DNA of 64,000 bases. Origin: Lama guanicoe. Lineage: Eukaryota. Shown one piece after another: positions 56,412-64,000 of the stretch. Numbering within the stretch: position 1 is the first letter of the stretch; each line of letters starts with the position of its first letter. The DNA is taken from assembly GCA_013239625.1 (NCBI GenBank), contig MU054323.1, forward strand, positions 8,917,220 to 8,981,219. Direction: 5' to 3'. A model generated the notes under the pieces. The model saw only the letters and a list, made by a program, of their open reading frames with translations. It ran no database searches and was not told the DNA's origin. The translations under genes were made by a program, and so were the position numbers.

Positions 56412-57465
56412 GTGAGGTTTCTGTTTTCCCCCAGTGTTTTTGTAAATATGTGGACCCCGTGAATATGCCATAAGAGAAGTGGATTTGTGCCTGTTTTTGT
56501 GGGCTAGGACTGTCAAGGAAACCAGGGTGTCTACTGGAGACATTGGGGTTAAAATACTACCTAAAATTTGACATTTAATTGTATTTTTCTGTGAAAGCAT
56601 TTGAAATCACTGTGAGTGTGAGAATCGCTGACTCTTCTGATTGTCTTAAATCCAATTAAATGATGCGTGTGGCAACTAGACTGCATTGACACCTTTGGAA
56701 TGTTTATATAATGTTTACTACTGCTTTCTAGTATTCCCACGTCTTTGAGCAATCTGTTTTTAATATTATTGAAATACCGCATAGAAAGAATGTAAACAAT
56801 GTTCTTGAAAAAATTAAGGCAGTTTGAATACTAACTGTACTACTAAGTTATAGTAATACATCAATGTTAATATTCCCAAATGTGATAATTGTAGTTATGC
56901 AGGGGAATGCCCTTGTTCTTAGGCAGATACATGATGATGTAGTTAGGGATGAAGTATCATGTCTGCAACTAACTTAGAAATGGTAGAGAGGAAGGAAGGG
57001 AGGGAAGAGAGAAATTAACAATGGTCAATCTAGGTGTTCATTGAACTATTGTAACTTTTCTTGAAAGTTGCAAATTTTAAAAATTAGAAAATCAGAAATT
57101 CTGTTGAAAATGCTGTTAAGTTCAGAAGGTCAAGAGTTTTCTCTTGGGGAAAGTTTTTAGGATTTCAGGTGAACAGAGAAATTGTTAACTATATAGTGAA
57201 ATACCCTTACTGTGGAAGCTTAAGGAATAGAGGGTGCATTCTGTTGAATATCTTACTGCAGAAAGTCTTACTGCCTTGTGAGGGAAAATAGCACTGTTCT
57301 CTGCCCTCAGATATAATAGTTCTTAGCAATGTGGGCTTTTGTTAGTGTCATCCAGTGTTGTTCCTGTTGCTTCACTGGTTGAAGCTTTAGTAATCCCTTT
57401 CCATATCTGAGATTTCTTCAAGTAGGCAGTCTTATTTTTTTTACGATAAAAGTGTACCTTTTTAA

Positions 57466-57580
57466 GGGGCGTAGGGAGTAGCTCAGTGGTAGAGTATATG
57501 CTTAGCATGCGTGAGGTCCAGGGTTCAATCCCCAGTACCTCCACTGAAAAATAAATAAACCTAATTACCTCCCCCCCGCC
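57466..57580 (+). mobile_element. tRNA-Ala-derived SINE with TSD
   Basis: GTAGCTCAGTGGTAGAGTATATGCTTAGCATGCGTGAGGTCCAGGGTTCAATCCCCAGTACCTCCA; flanks ataaaagtgtacc / ataaaggtgtact. Confidence 0.9.
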
Positions 57581-58212
57581 ATAAAGGTGTACTTTTTTAT
57601 GCTCCAGAAAGTATTTGAAAGATAATTATCTCCTGACAAAATCTGGCCTTTGTATGTTCATCTGTTTCTCCAGTTTCAGTCTCCAGCAAATTTTACTTAG
57701 TTTGGGACTTGCTCCCCAAGCATTTGTTTAGTAATTTATGCCTGTATTTATGGACTCTATGTGGTGGTGTAAACATCTTTACCTGTTCCTCCCTTTCTGC
57801 CTCATTTTCTTACACTGCATTTTTTAAACAGAAATGTTGAAACACATGAAACTAAACAAAATAGTGTAATGAACAGCTTTCACAGTCCTCAGTGCGTGGC
57901 CCATCTTGTTTTATTTATAACCCTACCCACTTTTCTTGTCCCTTAAAAGCTTATTTTAAAGCAAATGCCATATCCTGTGTCAGCTCTCAGTACTTCTTTC
58001 AACCTGTGTGTCTAAAAATATAGGACTTTTAAAAATACTTAACTGCAATAAATATCACACTGAAAAAATTAACAGTGGTTCCTTAATCCATCATATATCC
58101 ACTCATTATTTACATATCCCTGATTTATCTCATTTTTTTTTCAGATTTGGTTTATTCCAATCGAGATCTGAAGCAAAGGTCCATATACTGCATTTGTCTA
58201 TTTTAATTAGAA

Positions 58213-58525
58213 TAGCATTATCTAGTAGAGATGTAATGTGAGCCACGTATGTAATTCAAAATTTTCTACTAACCACATTTTTAAAAAGCATAAAGAAAAC
58301 TGGGGAAATTAATACTGTATTTTACTTAACCCATATGTCTTAAATACTATCTTTTTTAAACATGTAGTCAATACAGAATTATTGAGATACTTTATATTTT
58401 TTTCATGTTAAGCCTTTGAAATTGAGTGTGTATTTTACATGGAAAGCATATCTCAGTTTGGATTAGGAACTTTTCAAGAGCTTATTAGCCACACAAGGCT
58501 AATGACTATCTCACTGGGCAATGCA
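58213..58525. mobile_element. MER33-type hAT-Charlie relic
   Basis: 'aatgtgagccacgtatgtaattcaaaattttcta...gaaattgagtgtgtattttaca...ttagccacaca'. Confidence 0.7.
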
Positions 58526-59226
58526 CATGTAGAAGTTTCCTTCATTTTTTTCTCCTGTTATTTAAGAAACCAGGACATTTGTCACCTATGTTTACCCATT
58601 TCTTGGATTTGGCTGATTGCATTCCTGTGGGCAGTAGTCCTCTATCCCGGCTATTTCCTATAAATTGGTAGTTAAAACTAGAAGACTGATCAGACCTCTT
58701 GTTTAGATTGACATTGTTATTTGTGTGTGTGTGTTTTGATTTGTTTTTCTTTTGCAAGAATACTTCTTCATTGGATTCTGTGTCCTCCAACCCTTTATTT
58801 TTTGAACTGAGATTTAGGTTAAGTAATTTTCTGATGGTTCATGGCTAGAAACAGAGCTGAGATTTGCACCCAGGTGGTCTAGCAGCAAAATTCATGCTCT
58901 TAATCACTACACTATCAAGCAATAAAAGTTACCTCGGGCCCAATGCTTTACATATGAGGAAATTTTTAAAAGGGGAGGAATGGTTGGGATGATGCTAAGT
59001 AGTCAGACTTTGTAGATCTCTTACTAAAGTTCCCCAAATTATGTCTCATACAAGAAATGCTTTTAATGACTCCTCTGTACTGAATTTCTCCAGGCTCTGG
59101 TTTCATATCTTTCTTCCTTCCTGTGTTCTGCCTTAATCATGCCTTTAAAAAAAAATCTTCCTACACCGCTTCCAGATGCTCTACACTATATTTTGACTGG
59201 ATAATGTTTCTGTTTTGCCTCTGTAG

Positions 59227-59532
59227 GATTGGTTTGTTGTCAATCCAACAACGACCAAGAGCTTTGAGAAGCTGATGAAGATAAAGCAGCGGCAGCAAGA
59301 AGAAGAAAAACGGAGGCAGCAGCACAGGAGCCGAAGGTCTCTAAGAAGGCGGCAGCAGCCTGGCATTGAGCTTCCTGAGACAGAGCTGAGTCTTAGAGTA
59401 GGGAAGGATCAGAGGAGGAGTCATGAGGAACTGCTAGTGGCGACCTGTAAAGAACCAGAGCAGGAGCCAGTGCCAGCACAGTACCAGAAAGTCAAGCCCC
59501 CAAAGACGAATCATAAACGAGGAAAGAAGTAG
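59227..59532 (+). CDS. ZNF512: ZNF512 last coding exon ([18 protein letters not shown]...TNHKRGKK*)
   Basis: ctgtag acceptor, TAG stop; the 14 exons sum to 1698 nt (565 aa plus stop). Confidence 0.95.
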   Translation, partial: DWFVVNPTTTKSFEKLMKIKQRQQEEEKRRQQHRSRRSLRRRQQPGIELPETELSLRVGKDQRRSHEELLVATCKEPEQEPVPAQYQKVKPPKTNHKRGKK

Positions 59533-61220
59533 GCAGTCAGTGTGAAAGCACTCCTGGGAGAGTGGATGGGATTCTGTGGTCTCAGAGACCTGTGCTGGGA
59601 GGCCTGAGTCATGGGGCTGAGTCAAGAGAAATTTACTCTTTTAGCTGTTTGTGTAAGACTGTAACCTTCTCAGCTCTTTCCTCCTGTGTAAATTTCACTG
59701 TTTTCCCTACTGATTCCCTTGGACCCTCTACGACCCCATCCTTTCTGGTAGGTTTTCCTGCTATTCCTGATTGGAGTCCTCTTGTTTTTCTCTTATCTTG
59801 CCCAAAGAGCTCCCTCATAAGGCCCATTATAGGCCCCTCTTGCCCCGTATAAGACTAAGAAATCTGTTTGGTTGTCCTTTCCATACTGGATGTAGAAAGT
59901 TCTTGGAAGTTCCATTGACTTCATAGTCACTCCACCATCTAGTTTATAAAACAATTCCAAACTAACTTTTAAAAACCATACTGACTTATCATTTTGTATT
60001 TGTGATGTAACAAGCCTAGAACTAGAACTGTTGTCACTCCTATAATAAGGTTCCCCTGTCTGTTTGGGTGACAAAATTTATGGAGGCAGTTTGTCGTCTC
60101 AATATGGTTTCAGGATTGAAAGTGAGAAAACAGACTTAGAATAAAAAGGCTAGACCCTCCGGACACAGCTTTTCCTTGGGAAATGCTTTACTTGTCCCAG
60201 ATGGCAGTGAATAACTAGACCTACAGGCATGAAATGCAGCTTTAGGAGGAAGGTGTCCCACACATAAAATGACAGGAAAGAATATAGTAGCAGCAGAAAT
60301 AAATATTGCCTCAGATTTCCTAGCTGTGAGGCCTTACCTGTTGCTATGAACGGTGCCCTCCTGCAGCTTGTCTTGCTCTCTGTTTTAAGGATTGAGAAAT
60401 ACTGTGTTGCCCCTGATGTTTTGACACAGACCCCTAATATTGCTGGTACTGCCACAAAGGTCAGTAGCCAAGGTGCACATTCCTTCTTCCCTGGACTTGA
60501 CATGACTTGTTAGTCTGCACTCTGTTAAGTACTCATTTCTCCCTTTAGCCAAAGTCTGTCTCTATGAATTTTCTGAGAATATCGTATAATATCGTCCTTG
60601 ACTCTCTTTTTAAAATGTTGTGTTCTTGTCCTCTTTATATCCTGAGACTTTGACACCAGGTGTAGATATTAATCTGGAGTTGGAAAGAAAAGTTCTTTTT
60701 CTGAACCTCCTGCCTACCTGATAAGGTCTATCTGGCAATTTCTCTTTGAGGCTGGCTTTTCCTGGAACATTGGTTAGAGCAGCTCTGTTGTTGTGTTCCT
60801 GGATTCTCTTTCCTTTTTCCATAAATATTGGTCTCCTATATTCTTGCCAATTTTTTGTGGCATATGCCACATAAAAAGCCAGAGACCCTTAACACTAATA
60901 TGGACCAGTAGTACCTTTTCAAATTCTGAACAGCTGTTACTACTTTTAACTCTGTTTTCTGTGCTCCTCCATATAGCCTTAAAATGTGGGCTTTTTGAAG
61001 ACCACTTTCATACACGGGAGCATTGAAACCTGATTGGGATACTGCCAGAACAGTTTGTTTTGAAACAAGGGAAGGACATGGTCTATCCACTCAACATTGT
61101 CTTTGGCAGTTGCTCCCTTAAAGCCCTTTCCATACATGAGGATTGTCAGGGAGGAAAATGGAGAAGCTCTGTTAATTTCTGGTGAGTAAGACTTGGGGAA
61201 TGTTTGGCAGTGACAAGAAA

Positions 61221-61226
61221 AATAAA
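61221..61226 (+). terminator. Probable ZNF512 polyadenylation signal (other candidates at 60140 and 60298)
   Basis: AATAAA followed by GT-rich sequence, at the end of a 1.7-kb unique stretch just before transposon-derived DNA resumes. Confidence 0.55.
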
Positions 61227-61402
61227 TGACTCTGTGTTAGAATGATGTTTCCAGTTGTTCACTGACTGCAACGTGCTGCCTGACTTCTTGCTGACACAGT
61301 GTATGGGGGGAGGAAGATGACAAGAGATGAGAATGAATTTGGAAGAAGTAGTGTAGTTGTCTCAGTAATTCTTCAGCTGTTGAAATCTGGTTCAAATTAA
61401 TA

Positions 61403-61749
61403 CATGCATACCTTGCTTTATTGCTCTTCCCTTTATAGGTATCAGTTTTAATTAAGGCATATATATTGGTTTTTGTTTGTTTGTTTTGCAGGGGGGAGGT
61501 ACTGGGGATTGAACGCAGAACCTCAGGCATGCTAGGCATGTGCTCTAGCACTAAAGCTATACCCTCCCCTCCCAAGGCATGTATATTGTTGTTTTAGACA
61601 TAATGGTATTACACACTTTAGACTACAGGGTAAACATACCTTTTACATGCACTAGGAAACCAGAAAATTCATGTGACTTGGTTCATTGTGAAATTCCCTT
61701 TATTGAGGTGGTCTAGACCCAAACCCTCAATAACTCAGACATGTGCCTG
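61403..61749 (+). mobile_element. Internally deleted Tigger1-type DNA transposon containing a SINE
   Basis: Ends catgcatacc... and ...atgtgcctg, both flanked by TA; Tigger1-like 3' body. Confidence 0.75.
61469..61573 (-). mobile_element. tRNA-Ala-derived SINE with TSD
   Basis: TSD aaggcat(a/g)tatattg at 61454 and 61574. Confidence 0.9.
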
Positions 61750-62989
61750 TAATTGGTTTGAAATTAAACATGCCCAATTTCATCCAGGACCCTGGTAGGC
61801 AATCCTTTTATTTAACTACCTGAGCCAGGGGTCAGCAGGACTCACTAGAGAGGATGTTAATCATACTATTGAATTTTTAAGTTTTTTAACCACATTCATT
61901 AGAATAATATTCACTGAAGTTGGACTGTATCAAGTGTAGCTAGACTTTGGAGCAATGTGAACTCCTTGCATGGTTTGGAATGGACATTAGTACAATCAAT
62001 TTCAAAAGAATTGGTGGGATCTAGTAAAATATGCCCTGAGACTCAGCAATTTCATGCCTGAGTCTATACAGAGAAACTCCTCCTGTCCAGGTGTGCCAGT
62101 AGAGATCTTCAAGAATGATACTGCAGTCCAATTTCCAGTACACACTGGAAACATCCTACACCAGAGACTACTGACTGCCTACCAAAATCTGCTTCACCTT
62201 GCAGAGTTATAGTATTACAGAAGAAATGGTTGACTGCACTTCCAGCCCTCCACCCCAATCCCCTATAGTGCTGGGGTAACCAACTAACTTCTTTCTGGTG
62301 GGATGTGAATAGAAGAGATGTGTATCAATAATATGCCAGAACTTTTAACAGAGTGAGTGTACCTCAATGCTTTATTTCCTCCTCTTCTGGCTTATCATCT
62401 AGATGCAGATGATATGGCAGCTCTAGGGCATGGTAGAGCGTAACATGGAAGGTGTTGATTCCGTGAATCACCCCAAGAAGTACTATTTGACAATGAGGAA
62501 GATTTATCTATCTTAGACTATTATATGAGCAAAAAATGTCTGTTCTTTGAAACATGATACATTCTTGGGTCTCTGTGAGCCTTATCCCCTACGTTTGTCC
62601 ATCATCAGGAGACTGGGTAAGTTGTGATAGTCATCTATCACAGCTATCAAATAAACCAGGTCTTGTATCATGGATACATCTCAAAAATAATGTCCGGGAA
62701 AAGCAAGTTATTAAAATATTTATATTTTAATAAAATATAGAAAAATATCATGAAAACATGCACAGGTGTGATACACACCAAATTTAAATAGTGCTTATGG
62801 GTTTCAGAGGGACTACAAATGGTAAGTTCTTGTATCTTCAGATAGATAGTGATTTTGTTATAGTTTTCTGTATTTTTTGGTATGTCTGAAATGCTTCATT
62901 TAAAAAACCAGTTCATACAAACAAGAAAAGATACATTGTGCTCATTTCCTTCATCAAAGGGAACACTTTAGGAATTTTACTTCTGCTTC

Positions 62990-63580
62990 ATTTTCCCCTT
63001 TCATTTCCACCCCCACCATCACAGTTGGCTCTCCTCTATATTTTCTCTTCACATCCATGTCTGCCATCCCCGTCCAAACCATCACCACCACCTCTGGTCT
63101 CAACGCCATAGCTTCCTCAGTGGATTCCTTCTTCTGCTTTTCTCTGGCTTGGTACACTCCTCATACAGCTGTGTGAATTTTTTATATTGTAAATCAGACT
63201 TCATTCACCTGCTCAAAGCCTAGTGATTTCTCAGTGCACCAAGAATAAAAGTCATTTCCTTTATCTTATCCTTTAAGGCCCTCTGTGATCCCACCATTAA
63301 CCTTTTAGCCTCTTCTGCCTCACCTCCACCTTTGTTCTCTGGCCATTCCCCAACTACACTTAGCCACACTGACTCTTCCGTTCCTTGATCCTTCCAAGCT
63401 CCTTCCCATCTTAGGGCTTTTGCATTCACTGTTCCCTCTGCCTGGAATGATTCTTCCCCAGTTCTTGCACTGCAGGCTTCATTTTATCATTCAAGTCTTA
63501 AACCTAAATTTCAGCTCGGAGATTTTTTCCATCCAAATGCACTTTCTATAACATCACCCTCTTTCCTTTCCTGCATAGCA
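62990..63580. mobile_element. L2 LINE relic
   Basis: 'tgtaaatcagact...cctgctcaaagcc...agggcttttgcattcactgttccctctgcctggaatg'. Confidence 0.75.
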
Positions 63581-64000
63581 AAAAGTAGACTGAGATCCTA
63601 GTTTGCCAACTTACTGGTGGCTTGCAGATACGGATTTCCAAGGACCTTTGTCAGACGACTCACCCTTTAGTCTTCAACCCTCAGAATGATACTCAAAGCA
63701 AGAGTCAGACATAGTATACCAGATCAAATTTATCTGGGATGAGAGGAATTCAAAAGAAACTGAATTAGATCATCAGGATAACACTGGCAGGATGGGGAAT
63801 TAATAGCAAAATAAAATTCTTTATCCTTCCTATTTTCAAACCCCTTATCTTTAGTTATTTTCCTATGGTTGGGTTTTTGTTTGTTTTTTGTGGGTTTTTT
63901 TGCATCCCCAGAGAGTAAGGGCTTCAATGTGTCTTGGATACCACGGTTTTGAAGTTCAGGCTTTCTGTGTTTTTAGCTCCACTGAATTGAACTATTCAGG

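Noticed and set aside
57466..57545. Possible genuine tRNA-Ala genes at the SINE heads
   Set aside because: Mismatched stems, A-rich tails and target-site duplications mark them as retroposed SINEs
63590..64000. Possible 3' end of the neighbouring gene CCDC121 expected from human synteny
   Set aside because: No recognisable coding sequence in the window; synteny alone is insufficient

Overview
Mammalian genomic DNA, probably camelid (inferred from tRNA-Ala-derived SINEs and no recognisable Alu, Bov-tA or Can-SINE). Two + strand genes lie tail-to-head. (1) SPATA31H1/C2orf16: the 5819-aa ORF is really a 17.3-kb last exon (11613-28917). Splice-site and phase reading adds four small upstream exons (1670-1813, 10142-10184, 10837-10891, 11113-11208), giving a 5880-aa protein. 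It has an N-terminal membrane anchor, a long 12-13-aa repeat rod, a Cys/His module and an 8-aa SPSERxxx tail. (2) ZNF512: 14 coding exons from 29531 to 59532, about 565 aa, with a CpG-island promoter that contains the likely poly(A) signal of SPATA31H1. Introns and flanks hold L1, L2, MIR, MaLR LTR, MER3/MER5/MER33 and Tigger relics, seven tRNA-derived SINEs, an RPL21 processed pseudogene, a 3'UTR-only retrocopy and a young TSD-flanked retrocopy of an unidentified short transcript. No prokaryotic-type system is present. Gene and repeat names come from recognition, not database searches.
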